From contig JAXIYS010000078.1 in assembly GCA_036304385.1 (NCBI GenBank), positions 9,473 to 73,472 on the forward strand: DNA of 64,000 bases, read 5' to 3'. Positions 16,841 through 28,876 of this stretch are shown in pieces (the first letter of the stretch is position 1; each line of letters starts with the position of its first letter). The DNA is from Collinsella sp. GTDB taxonomy: Bacteria; Actinomycetota; Coriobacteriia; Coriobacteriales; Coriobacteriaceae. The translations under genes were made by a program, and so were the position numbers. Under the pieces are notes generated by a model that ran no database searches, was not told the DNA's origin, and saw only the letters and a list, made by a program, of their open reading frames with translations.

Positions 16841-17947
16841 ATGACCATGTTCGCACGCGATCTTTCCGTTGCGCGCTATCGCAGCTTCGACAGTTACCGC
16901 CTTGCCCTGAGCGACGGCGTGACAGTGCTCGCAGGCCCCAACGCGGCGGGAAAGACCAACCTCATAGAGGCGCTGCAGCTGCTGACGAGTGGCGCCTCGT
17001 TTAGGCATCCGACCGCAGCCGAGCTCGTGCACGACGGCGTGGGCTCATGCAAGGTCGAGCTGAGGCTCGAAGGTGACGGGCGCGTGCTGGACATGGGGCT
17101 GAGCGTGGAAGATGGCAAGCGTTCGTTTAGCCGCAACGGCAAGCGCTGCGCTGCGTCCGGCGTGCGCGGGGTACTGCCGAGCGTTCTGTTTTGTCCGGAC
17201 CACCTGGATATGGTCAAGCGGGGTGCCAGCGTGCGCCGCACCGCACTTGATGACTTTGGCGTTCAGCTGAGTGCGCGCTATGCTGATCTGGCCAGTACCT
17301 ACGGGCGCTGCGTGACCCAGCGCAATGCCCTGCTCAAGGAGACCTGGTGCTGCCGCGAGATGCTCGGAGCCTGGAACGAATCTATTGCCCGCGCCGGTTC
17401 GGCCCTGCTCGTGCATCGTCTGGCCCTGCTCGACCGGCTGTCGGGCCATGTGCGCGACGCCTATGGCCGCGTGGCATCCGGCGAGCCCGCCGGCGTGTCC
17501 TATGTGTCCACGCTTGGCGACTTGCCTCGCACCGAGGATCGCGACGAGCTCAGGGGCTGGGCGTATGAGCATATGCTCTCGGCGCTCGATGAGCGCGCCG
17601 ACGAGGAGATCCGCCGCGGCGTGACGCTCGTGGGCCCGCATCGCGACGAGATTGAGTTTTCCGTCGCGGGCCGATCGGCCCGTTCATTTGCCAGCCAGGG
17701 CCAGCAACGAACGCTGGTGCTTGCCTGGAAGGTGGCAGAAGTGGCCGTGGCGCGCGATATCCTGGGCACCGCGCCGCTGCTGCTTTTAGACGACGTGATG
17801 AGCGAGCTCGACGCCGGGCGCCGAGGCGCTTTTCTGCAGCTGATCGGTGATGATATCCAGACAGTCATAACCACCACCAATCTGGGGTATTTTACCGATG
17901 ACCTGCTTGATCGAGCCAAGGTGGTGAGCATGGGTGAGACGTGCTAA
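16841..17947 (+). CDS. recF: DNA replication/repair protein RecF
   Basis: Walker A (GPNAAGKTNL), an ABC-like signature (SQGQQRT) and Walker B (LLLLDDV). Confidence 0.92.
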   Translation: MTMFARDLSVARYRSFDSYRLALSDGVTVLAGPNAAGKTNLIEALQLLTSGASFRHPTAAELVHDGVGSCKVELRLEGDGRVLDMGLSVEDGKRSFSRNGKRCAASGVRGVLPSVLFCPDHLDMVKRGASVRRTALDDFGVQLSARYADLASTYGRCVTQRNALLKETWCCREMLGAWNESIARAGSALLVHRLALLDRLSGHVRDAYGRVASGEPAGVSYVSTLGDLPRTEDRDELRGWAYEHMLSALDERADEEIRRGVTLVGPHRDEIEFSVAGRSARSFASQGQQRTLVLAWKVAEVAVARDILGTAPLLLLDDVMSELDAGRRGAFLQLIGDDIQTVITTTNLGYFTDDLLDRAKVVSMGETC

Positions 17948-18497
17948 TTACGAGCGCGAGAACGGGACGGTTGCCTTCGGCGGCTTTTTGGATGCCGAGC
18001 GTCAGCGCATCCTGGCGGCCGCGACACCTGAGCGCCGCGCGCAAATGGAGGCTGCAGAGGAATCTCGTGCGGTCTATCGCGCCTGGAATGCAGTGTGCTC
18101 GGGCACGCGCGAGGGACGCCATGTGACCGGCCTGCGCTATCTGCCCGAGTCCAACGAACTGCTGGTGTACCTCGATTCGCCCTCATGGACGCAGGAGATG
18201 ACCCTTTTGCGCGAGATTATCCGCGCGCGCATGGAGCGCGCCGGCGCGCACGTCGACGGCCTGGTGTTCAAGACGACCGCCCCCGGCCACACGCCGCCCG
18301 CTGCAAAGGAGCGCCTGCGTCCGGCCGTGGCCGAGCGTCCGCCGGCTCCACGTGCCGACCTAAGCGATGCCGAGCGTGCCGAGATTGAGTACCAAGTGGC
18401 ACCCATCGAGGACCAAAAACTGCGCGAGGCCCTCGAGAACGCCATGAGAGCCAGTGCCGAGTGGGCCAAGGGCGTGCAGAGCAAAAAAGAGCCTTAA
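17934..18497 (+). CDS. DUF721 (DciA-like) protein
   Basis: Conserved actinobacterial position between recF and gyrB. DUF721-like core (VYRAWNAVCSGTREGRHVTGLRYLPESNELLVYLDSPSWTQEMTLLREII). The GTG start overlaps recF by 14 nt. Confidence 0.65.
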   Translation: MRRANYERENGTVAFGGFLDAERQRILAAATPERRAQMEAAEESRAVYRAWNAVCSGTREGRHVTGLRYLPESNELLVYLDSPSWTQEMTLLREIIRARMERAGAHVDGLVFKTTAPGHTPPAAKERLRPAVAERPPAPRADLSDAERAEIEYQVAPIEDQKLREALENAMRASAEWAKGVQSKKEP

Positions 18498-18524
18498 ATC
18501 GCATCTGGTGGCCTTGTAGAGCCA

Positions 18525-18553
18525 AATACCCTCGTTCCCGAGGGTATTTTTTT
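18525..18553 (+). terminator. Rho-independent terminator
   Basis: AATACCCTCG-TTCC-CGAGGGTATT followed by TTTTT. Confidence 0.75.
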
Positions 18554-18560
18554 ACGATAA

Positions 18561-20633
<2,073 letters not shown>

Positions 20634-20644
20634 GAGGAGGTAAC

Positions 20645-23386
20645 GTGGCAGACGATATCAACAATAACGAGGGTGTGGACGAGGCCGGCGACGCCGGCAT
20701 GCCCGACGATCTGAAGCGCCTGCTTGCCCGCGCTGAGCAGGGTGAGGACGGCGATCCGGACGCCTATAACCCCGATGCCGATGATGATGAGGAAGGGGAC
20801 GACGACGGCGAGCTCGAGGAGAGCTTTGGCGAAGTCGACCGTGGCGCCTCGGCCGGCGAGGATATCAACGGCGGCCAGCTCCAGATTTCGGAGTTTGGCC
20901 GCGAGATGAAGCAGTCGTTCATCGAGTACTCGATGTCGGTCATCACGGCGCGCGCCCTGCCGGACGTGCGCGATGGCTTAAAGCCGGTGCACCGTCGCAT
21001 CCTGTACGCAATGAACGAGAGCGGCATCTACCCCAACCGTCCGCACAAGAAGTCGGCCTGGACGGTCGGCGAAGTTATCGGTAAGTACCATCCGCACGGC
21101 GACTTCGCGGTCTATGAGGCCATGGTCCGCCTGGCACAGTGGTTCTCCATGCGCACGCCGCTCATCGACGGTCACGGCAACTTCGGCAACATCGACGGCG
21201 ACGGCGCCGCCGCCATGCGTTACACCGAGAGCCGCCTGGCTAAGCCCGCCATGGAGCTCCTGCGTGACCTGCAGAAGGACACCGTCGACTGGCAGCCCAA
21301 CTACGACGAGTCGCTCGCCGAGCCCCAGGCGCTGCCCGCGCGTTTCCCCAACCTGCTGGTCAACGGCAGCCAGGGCATCGCCGTCGGCATGGCCACCAAC
21401 ATCGCCCCGCACAACCTCACCGAGGCAATCGAGGCCACGTGCTACCTAATCGACAATCCCGACGCCACCGTCGACGAGCTCATGCAGATCATGCCCGGTC
21501 CGGACTTCCCCACCGGTGCCATCATCATGGGCAGTGCCGGCATTAAGCAGAGCTACGAGACCGGCCGCGGCTCCATCACCGTGCGCGCCAAGGCTCACGT
21601 GGAGTCCACCAAAACCGGCCGTAGCCGCCTGGTCTTTACCGAGATTCCCTACATGGTCAACAAGGGCACCCTGCAGGAGAAGATCGCCCAGCTCGTCAAC
21701 GACAAGCGCATCGAGGGCATCTCGGACATGCGCGATGAGTCCAACCAGAAGGGCATCCGTCTGGTCATCGAACTCAAGAAGGGCGTCATCCCGCAAGTCG
21801 TGCTCAACAACCTGTACAAGTACACCTCGCTGCAGACGACCTTTGGTGCCAACAACCTGGCGCTTGTCAACGGCGTTCCCAAATGCCTGAGCCTGCGCGA
21901 GATGCTGCAGCACTATATCGACCACCAGGTCGACGTCGTCACCCGCCGCACCCGCTTTGACCTCAAGAAGGCCCAGGCGCGTGCCCATATCCTCGAGGGC
22001 TACCTGATGGCTCTCGACCATATCGACGAGGTCATCAGCATCATCCGCTCCTCACAGACCGACTCCGAGGCCAGTAGCCGCCTGATCGAGCGCTTTGGCT
22101 TTACGCCCGAGCAGACTACGGCCATCCTCGAGATGAAGCTGCGCCGCCTGACCGGCCTGGAGCGCGACAAGATTCAGGAAGAGCTGGACGGCTTGCGCCG
22201 CGCCATCGCCTACTACGAGGACCTGTTGGCGCACGAGGAGAAAATCCTGGGCGTCATCAAGGAGGAGATGCGCGAGATTTCCAAGAAGTTCGGCGACAAG
22301 CGCCGCACCGAGATCAGCCATGTCGAGAAGGACCTGGACGTCGAAGATCTGATTGCCGACGAGGACATGGTCGTGACCATCACCCACACCGGCTACGTCA
22401 AGCGCATCCCGGTGGCCGCCTATCGCGCCCAAAAGCGCGGCGGCAAGGGCGTGTCGGGCGTCAACCTCAAAGAGGATGACGTTATCGACGAGATGTTTAT
22501 CGCATCCACGCACGAGTACGTGCTGTTCTTCTCGAGCAAGGGCAAGGTCTATCGCCTGAAGGTGCACGAACTGCCGGTGGGTACGCGCCAGGCGCGCGGC
22601 ACCGCAATCGTCAACCTGCTGCCTTTCGAAGAGGGCGAGAAGATCGCGAGCGTCATCAGCTGCCGCGAGTTCCCCGCCGACGAGTACCTGATGTTTGCCA
22701 CCAAGAGCGGCATGGTCAAGAAGACCGTGATGAGCGCCTACGACCGCAGCCGCCGCGACGGCCTGATCGCCATCAACCTGAGGGACGACGACGCGCTGCT
22801 CGCTGTACGTCGCGTGCGCGAGGGTGACAAGATCATCATGGCAACCACCGCGGGCAAGGCGATTATGTTCCCCGAGGACCAGGTGCGCGCCACCGGTCGC
22901 GATACCAGCGGCGTCCGTGGCATTAGCATGAAGGAAGGCGTGAGCGTTCTTGGTATGGAGATTACCAACGGTAACGGCGACCTGTTCGTCATTACCGAGC
23001 GCGGCTACGGCAAGCGCACGCCGGTCTCGGATTACCCGGAGCAGAACCGCGGCGGTCAGGGTGTCTACACCATCCAGATGACCGAGCGCAAGGGCAACCT
23101 CGCAGCCATGAAGACGGTGGGCCCGCAGCATGAGCTGTTCATCGTGACGGAGGGCGCGACGGTCATTCGCGTCAAGACCGACGAGATCAGCCAAACCGGT
23201 CGTGCCACCCAGGGCGTCAAGATGATGACTGTCGACGACAACGACCGCATCTGCGCCGTAGCCCGCATGACAGCCGCCAAAGAGAAGCCCGAAGGCGAAG
23301 GTGCCGAGGCCGCAGCCGACGCCGAAGAGGCCCCAGTCGACCTTGGCGACGGCAACGACATGCCAGAAGATCTCCTCGACGAGTAA
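20645..23386 (+). CDS. gyrA: DNA gyrase subunit A, with acidic N- and C-terminal extensions
   Basis: Active-site region (AAMRYTE) and the QRDR-like HPHGD motif, with beta-pinwheel CTD repeats. About 85 aa of D/E-rich N-terminal extension. Confidence 0.96.
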   Translation: MADDINNNEGVDEAGDAGMPDDLKRLLARAEQGEDGDPDAYNPDADDDEEGDDDGELEESFGEVDRGASAGEDINGGQLQISEFGREMKQSFIEYSMSVITARALPDVRDGLKPVHRRILYAMNESGIYPNRPHKKSAWTVGEVIGKYHPHGDFAVYEAMVRLAQWFSMRTPLIDGHGNFGNIDGDGAAAMRYTESRLAKPAMELLRDLQKDTVDWQPNYDESLAEPQALPARFPNLLVNGSQGIAVGMATNIAPHNLTEAIEATCYLIDNPDATVDELMQIMPGPDFPTGAIIMGSAGIKQSYETGRGSITVRAKAHVESTKTGRSRLVFTEIPYMVNKGTLQEKIAQLVNDKRIEGISDMRDESNQKGIRLVIELKKGVIPQVVLNNLYKYTSLQTTFGANNLALVNGVPKCLSLREMLQHYIDHQVDVVTRRTRFDLKKAQARAHILEGYLMALDHIDEVISIIRSSQTDSEASSRLIERFGFTPEQTTAILEMKLRRLTGLERDKIQEELDGLRRAIAYYEDLLAHEEKILGVIKEEMREISKKFGDKRRTEISHVEKDLDVEDLIADEDMVVTITHTGYVKRIPVAAYRAQKRGGKGVSGVNLKEDDVIDEMFIASTHEYVLFFSSKGKVYRLKVHELPVGTRQARGTAIVNLLPFEEGEKIASVISCREFPADEYLMFATKSGMVKKTVMSAYDRSRRDGLIAINLRDDDALLAVRRVREGDKIIMATTAGKAIMFPEDQVRATGRDTSGVRGISMKEGVSVLGMEITNGNGDLFVITERGYGKRTPVSDYPEQNRGGQGVYTIQMTERKGNLAAMKTVGPQHELFIVTEGATVIRVKTDEISQTGRATQGVKMMTVDDNDRICAVARMTAAKEKPEGEGAEAAADAEEAPVDLGDGNDMPEDLLDE

Positions 23387-23426
23387 GAGGAACTAGCTGG
23401 TAGGAAATATCAGACCCCATATATCG

Positions 23427-23460
23427 GCGGTCGGCGCACCTGCGCGCCGACCGCTTTTTT
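23427..23460 (+). terminator. Rho-independent terminator after gyrA
   Basis: GCGGTCGGCGC-ACCTGC-GCGCCGACCGC followed by TTTTTT. Confidence 0.8.
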
Positions 23461-23479
23461 GAAAACCTTTGAACCCCAC

Positions 23480-23616
23480 GTCGGCCCCGGCTGCCCGGCG
23501 GCATGCGAAGTCGATCGCGAGTTCCGCACGAGCCGGAGAGCACTTAATGTGCTCTCCGTGCGAGCAGGACTGTCTGAGCAGGCGACTTCGCATGCCGCCG
23601 GGCAGCCGGGGCCGAC
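23480..23616. repeat. 34-bp perfect inverted repeat with a nested inner hairpin
   Basis: The arm GTCGGCCCCGGCTGCCCGGCGGCATGCGAAGTCG (23480-23513) is the exact reverse complement of 23583-23616. An inner 10-bp hairpin CGGAGAGCAC/GTGCTCTCCG lies at 23534-23558. Imperfect extension of the arms reaches about 23454-23641. Confidence 0.9.
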
Positions 23617-23643
23617 ACCCTCCAAAGTTTTTCAAAAAAGTTG

Positions 23644-23673
23644 TTGACGCGCGCGTAACGACTCGTCTAATAT
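23644..23673 (+). promoter_or_regulatory. Putative sigma-70-type promoter of the tRNA cluster
   Basis: TTGACG, an 18-nt spacer, then TAATAT. The -10 element ends 14 nt before the first tRNA. Confidence 0.5.
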
Positions 23674-23687
23674 ATCCCTTGCGCGAT

Positions 23688-23764
23688 GGACCTGTAGCTC
23701 AGTTGGTTAGAGCGTCCGGCTGATAACCGGGAGGTCACAAGTTCGAATCTTGTCAGGTCCACCA
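23688..23764 (+). tRNA. tRNA-Ile (anticodon GAT)
   Basis: Folds by hand into a cloverleaf: acceptor GGACCTG/CAGGTCC, anticodon loop CTGATAA, T-loop TTCGAAT and an encoded CCA. Confidence 0.93.
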
Positions 23765-23775
23765 CTTTCTTTCGC

Positions 23776-23820
23776 AATAAACACCCCAGCGAGAGCCGAG
23801 TCGCCGCTGGGGTGTTTATT
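23776..23820 (+). other. 16-bp perfect hairpin in the tRNA-Ile/tRNA-Ala spacer
   Basis: AATAAACACCCCAGCG (23776-23791) pairs with CGCTGGGGTGTTTATT (23805-23820) around a 13-nt loop. It may be a processing or attenuating hairpin. Confidence 0.7.
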
Positions 23821-23831
23821 ACTTTCTCCGT

Positions 23832-23907
23832 GGGGGTTTAGCTCAGCTGGGAGAGCGCGGGCTTTGCAAGCCTGAGGTCAGGGGTTCGATCCCCCTAACC
23901 TCCACCA
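23832..23907 (+). tRNA. tRNA-Ala (anticodon TGC)
   Basis: Acceptor GGGGGTT/AACCTCC with the G3:U70 identity pair, anticodon loop TTTGCAA and an encoded CCA. Confidence 0.93.
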
Positions 23908-23911
23908 TGAT

Positions 23912-23988
23912 GGACCTGTAGCTCAGTTGGTTAGAGCGTCCGGCTGATAACCGGGAGGTCACAAGTTCGAATCTTGTCAGGTCCACCA
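23912..23988 (+). tRNA. tRNA-Ile (anticodon GAT), second identical copy
   Basis: 77 of 77 nt identical to 23688-23764. It starts 4 nt after tRNA-Ala. Confidence 0.93.
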
Positions 23989-24001
23989 TCAAAACGTTAA
24001 G

Positions 24002-24031
24002 AGCCCTGGGGCATTGCCTCGGGGCTTTTTT
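24002..24031 (+). terminator. Rho-independent terminator after the tRNA cluster
   Basis: AGCCCTGGGGCA / TGCCTCGGGGCT hairpin (with G-U pairs) followed by TTTTTT. Confidence 0.65.
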
Positions 24032-24044
24032 CTTATCTAACAGA

Positions 24045-24079
24045 AGTAGTCAAAATAGCCCCGTCCCAAATTAACTACT
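24045..24079. repeat. Hairpin repeat with a GGGACGGGG core
   Basis: AGTAGT...GCCCCGTCCCAA...ACTACT. The 12-mer GCCCCGTCCCAA (24058-24069) recurs exactly at 48427-48438. Confidence 0.7.
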
Positions 24080-24172
24080 TTGATTTTGTGTGCTGGGCGA
24101 AAGATTGGGTAGTATAGCTATTCAATGCGGCGACCCTGCCGTGTGTTAACCGCTACGTACCGGAGGTGTTCC

Positions 24173-24673
24173 ATGGTTCGTGTCGACATAGAGACCATCG
24201 TCATGGCCGCCGGTCCCGTGCCATCGCTTATCGTGCTTCGTGAGCGCTGCGGCAAGTCGGATTCGACGGCACCCCTGCGTTCGCTTTCCATTCAGACCGG
24301 CTCGTTTGAGGCCGCGGCCATTAGCCGCGGTATTGATAGCGGTCGCGCCGAGCGCCCGATAACGCATGACCTGCTGCTTGACACTGTCGATGCCCTGGGT
24401 GCCAAGCTCGAGCGCATCGAGATCGTTCGTGCCGAGCCGCCGGTGTTCTATGCGACAGTTGTCGTGTTGGCCGATGGCAGCGAGCATAGGATCGATGCAC
24501 GTCCGAGCGACGCCATCGCCCTTGCCGTGCGCAGCAATGCCCCCATGTTTGTGGAGGACGACATCATGAATCGCCTGGGTACCGTCTCACCGCACGCCGA
24601 GGAAGTTGACGACGAGCAGGAGTTCGAGAAGTTCGACGAGTTCGTCCATACGCTCTCCCCCGATGATTTCTAA
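24173..24673 (+). CDS. Bifunctional nuclease family protein (DUF151/BFN)
   Basis: Conserved RPITHDLL and DARPSDAIALAVR motifs. ATG at 24173 follows GGAGGTG. Confidence 0.85.
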   Translation: MVRVDIETIVMAAGPVPSLIVLRERCGKSDSTAPLRSLSIQTGSFEAAAISRGIDSGRAERPITHDLLLDTVDALGAKLERIEIVRAEPPVFYATVVVLADGSEHRIDARPSDAIALAVRSNAPMFVEDDIMNRLGTVSPHAEEVDDEQEFEKFDEFVHTLSPDDF

Positions 24674-25060
24674 ATGTCTGGCACGCGAGCGGAGAGGTCG
24701 CTGATGGGTACCCGCGTATCGGCTGAAGCGGCCGCCATCTCGCGTGAAGCCCAAATGCGCTCGGAGGCATCCGAGGCAGCTCGCATCGCCTATGTGACGC
24801 AGGCCCGCACGCTTCGCGAACGCCGCGGCTCCTATATCAAGATGGTTATCATCTCCGCCCTTGTCGCAGTAATCTGTTCTCGTCTTCGTGGTACAGTTGG
24901 TGCGCTTGGGTTTTCGATTTCAACAGGCTTGGTAATCTGGGGTGTGGTCGATGCAGTAATGCTGACCAACCAGATCAAGGTACTCGACAAGCGTGCGATG
25001 GATATGGTGCGCGCCCGCGACGCTGCCGCCAAGATCGCTGCCGAGGCACAAGAACTGTAA
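24674..25060 (+). CDS. Hypothetical membrane protein (two predicted TM helices)
   Basis: The ATG directly abuts the upstream stop (TAAATG). Hydrophobic segments VIISALVAVICS and GFSISTGLVIWGVVDAVML. No recognisable family. Confidence 0.55.
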   Translation: MSGTRAERSLMGTRVSAEAAAISREAQMRSEASEAARIAYVTQARTLRERRGSYIKMVIISALVAVICSRLRGTVGALGFSISTGLVIWGVVDAVMLTNQIKVLDKRAMDMVRARDAAAKIAAEAQEL

Positions 25061-25090
25061 CGACGCCGGATTCGATGGGAAGGTCTAGAG

Positions 25091-25540
25091 ATGGCACAGG
25101 ATATGCAGGACGCCGGTAACGTCTCCGCCGAGCTCGACGCCATGGTGTGTGACCTGATTGGTGCGTTCTTGGACGACCTTGCCGCCGGCGAGAATCCGGG
25201 CGTAGTTGTGGCGATCGAGGACGCTGCTTCCAACCGCTATCTGGCGGCACTCGACGAGGACGGCGAAGAGGCGTGCCTCGAGGCCGCCACCAACTTTATC
25301 TCCGAGCACAAGATGGGCCTTAAGGACGAGGGCCTGGGCCGTATCGCCCGCTATGCCATCGGCTATACCGGCTGTGTTGAGATTGACGGTGGCTATCACG
25401 ACGCTCTGCTCGTGAGCTTCTTTGAGACGACGCTCGAGAGCGGCTTTTCGGCATATGTGCTGTATGAGGGCATGGGTGCCGGCGATGGTTTTATGTGGAG
25501 CGACCCTGAACCTGCAGGTGAGGAAACCCCTCTCATCTAA
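25091..25540 (+). CDS. Hypothetical acidic cytoplasmic protein
   Basis: 149-aa ORF with GGGAAGG upstream. Composition is typical of neighbouring genes. No recognisable family. Confidence 0.55.
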   Translation: MAQDMQDAGNVSAELDAMVCDLIGAFLDDLAAGENPGVVVAIEDAASNRYLAALDEDGEEACLEAATNFISEHKMGLKDEGLGRIARYAIGYTGCVEIDGGYHDALLVSFFETTLESGFSAYVLYEGMGAGDGFMWSDPEPAGEETPLI

Positions 25541-25657
25541 AATCGCTAAAATAAACGAGTTTTCGGTAAAAGGCTCAATATTCCCGCTGAGCGTTGTGTT
25601 GCTGGGCGGGTCGCATACGCGTGCCGTTTGTATATGGATAGAAGATAGGGGAACTAC

Positions 25658-27496
<1,839 letters not shown>

Positions 27497-27523
27497 GCGC
27501 TGGGGCTTATAACCGCCAATAAG

Positions 27524-27558
27524 AAAGGGCGTCGACCACAATGGTCGGCGCCCTTTTT
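27524..27558 (+). terminator. Rho-independent terminator after typA
   Basis: AAAGGGCGTCGACC-ACAAT-GGTCGGCGCCCTTT followed by TT. Confidence 0.75.
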
Positions 27559-27584
27559 GGTGCAATGGGGTCAGGATGCTTTGC

Positions 27585-27619
27585 ACCACCACAAAGGTGC
27601 CTGGCCCTTTTGTGGTGGT
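27585..27619 (-). terminator. ACCACC-CAAAGG hairpin family member
   Basis: The minus strand reads ACCACCACAAAAGGGCCAGGCACCTTTGTGGTGGT. It sits just downstream of the minus-strand gene ending at 27625. Confidence 0.6.
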
Positions 27620-27624
27620 TGTGG

Positions 27625-28770
27625 CTAGGCGGTGGGGAGTCCTGGCGTGTTGGAGGCTTGTTGGGGCCTGAGGCGGGCGTTGCGCCAGATGATCTGGATA
27701 ACGTAGCCGAGCATAAAGACAAAGGCCACGCCGCTGACGAAGTCGCCGATGAGGGGAAGTCCCGTGAGGGCACCTGCGGCCACACCGCCGACGGCTGCCA
27801 TGGCGTAGCGGTTCTGGTTGTGTCCGACCATGCGAGCGATCGAGCAGCCCGCAAAAGCGGTGGAGACCAGCGCGACCCCGATCACGGCGCACATGAGGGC
27901 TCCGGCAAGCGACAGGCCGGCAATCGAGATAATCAGCAACAATACGGCAGGGACAATGGCTACCGTACCCAGAAGACCGCTCACCCACAGGGGCGTGGGG
28001 CGCTGGTGAAGCATGCCGGCGGCGCTGGCGGTCGCGCGCGGAAAGACGAGCTCGAGCAACAGGGCGATAAAGCAGGTCGAGAGTGCCGCGGCCACGATGC
28101 CGCCGATGACATCGTTAAGGGTGGAAGTATCTTCGTTCTCGGTGCGGTCGATCTTGAGCGCACCGACCTCGGCTCCTGCGGCGCGCTCGGGGTCCTCGGA
28201 AACATGCGCGCTCACGGTGCCGGTAATGCGGGCATTCTTGCCCAAGACGAGCTTATCGGCCCAGACCTCGACATCGCCGTCGACGGTGCCGTCGATGGTC
28301 ACGGTGTCGCCCGCGAGCACTGCCGACTTGGTAGAACCGCGCAGGGCAACCGTCTCGCCCATCGCGTAAAAACAGTTGGCGGTGCTACCAGTGTTGAGCA
28401 CGACATGCTGACCGGCTACCGTCACGCTGCCATCGATTGCGGTTTTGGAGATATCGATGGTACGCGCCGCCAGGCGAACGGCTCCGCCTACGGTGCAGTC
28501 GCGAATCGACAAGCTCTCGCCTGCCGCGATAATATCGCGGCCGATGGAAGCGTCGTCTAGGTTAAGGCTTTGGCCGGCCCAGTACAGGTCGCTTTCGACG
28601 CCAGACGGATTTGAGTCAACTTCGGTTGCGAGCACGTTGCCCGCGGTGTCTGTGCCGGCGAACGACGTCGCGGGAAGCACGGTCAGCGCAAGCGCAATCA
28701 GTGCGAATAGGAGGGCGATGCGGCCTAGCGCTTTACGGCGCTTGGTCGACGGTTCTAGGTTGTAAGGCAT
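27625..28770 (-). CDS. Membrane protein with an exported bactofilin-like (polymer-forming beta-helix) repeat region and a polytopic C-terminal domain
   Basis: Signal/TM (ALGRIALLFALIALALTVLPA), repeated G-x-V/I-x-G-D/S-V segments (VGGAVRLAARTIDIS, IDGSVTVAG, IDGTVDGDVEVWA, ITGTVSAHV), then about 5 TM helices. ATG at 28770 follows GAAGGA. Confidence 0.65.
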   Translation of the reverse strand: MPYNLEPSTKRRKALGRIALLFALIALALTVLPATSFAGTDTAGNVLATEVDSNPSGVESDLYWAGQSLNLDDASIGRDIIAAGESLSIRDCTVGGAVRLAARTIDISKTAIDGSVTVAGQHVVLNTGSTANCFYAMGETVALRGSTKSAVLAGDTVTIDGTVDGDVEVWADKLVLGKNARITGTVSAHVSEDPERAAGAEVGALKIDRTENEDTSTLNDVIGGIVAAALSTCFIALLLELVFPRATASAAGMLHQRPTPLWVSGLLGTVAIVPAVLLLIISIAGLSLAGALMCAVIGVALVSTAFAGCSIARMVGHNQNRYAMAAVGGVAAGALTGLPLIGDFVSGVAFVFMLGYVIQIIWRNARLRPQQASNTPGLPTA

Positions 28771-28876
28771 GGTGAATCCTTCGTTAGGTACTCGACATGT
28801 ATCTAACAGGGTACCCAACGTGCGGGCGCTCTAAAAGAACCTCTCAGTTGCATTTCGAAGGGTCGTGCCGCGCTGT

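Noticed and set aside
23410-23647. ORFs of 62-80 aa on both strands (23393-23635 -, 23410-23625 -, 23459-23647 +) encoding similar peptides (GPGCPAACEV...)
   Set aside because: The similarity is a direct consequence of the 34-bp perfect inverted repeat. The ORFs have no RBS and lie between a terminator and a tRNA promoter.
23688-23988. An expected rRNA operon around the tRNA-Ile/tRNA-Ala genes
   Set aside because: No 16S, 23S or 5S-like sequence flanks the tRNAs. They have their own promoter-like element and terminator, and gyrA-proximal ileT/alaT is a known actinobacterial arrangement.
27541-28560. A 339-aa plus-strand ORF overlapping the bactofilin-like gene
   Set aside because: The minus-strand frame gives a coherent signal peptide, repeat domain and TM architecture with an RBS. 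The plus-strand product is G/A/R/D-rich with no motifs.
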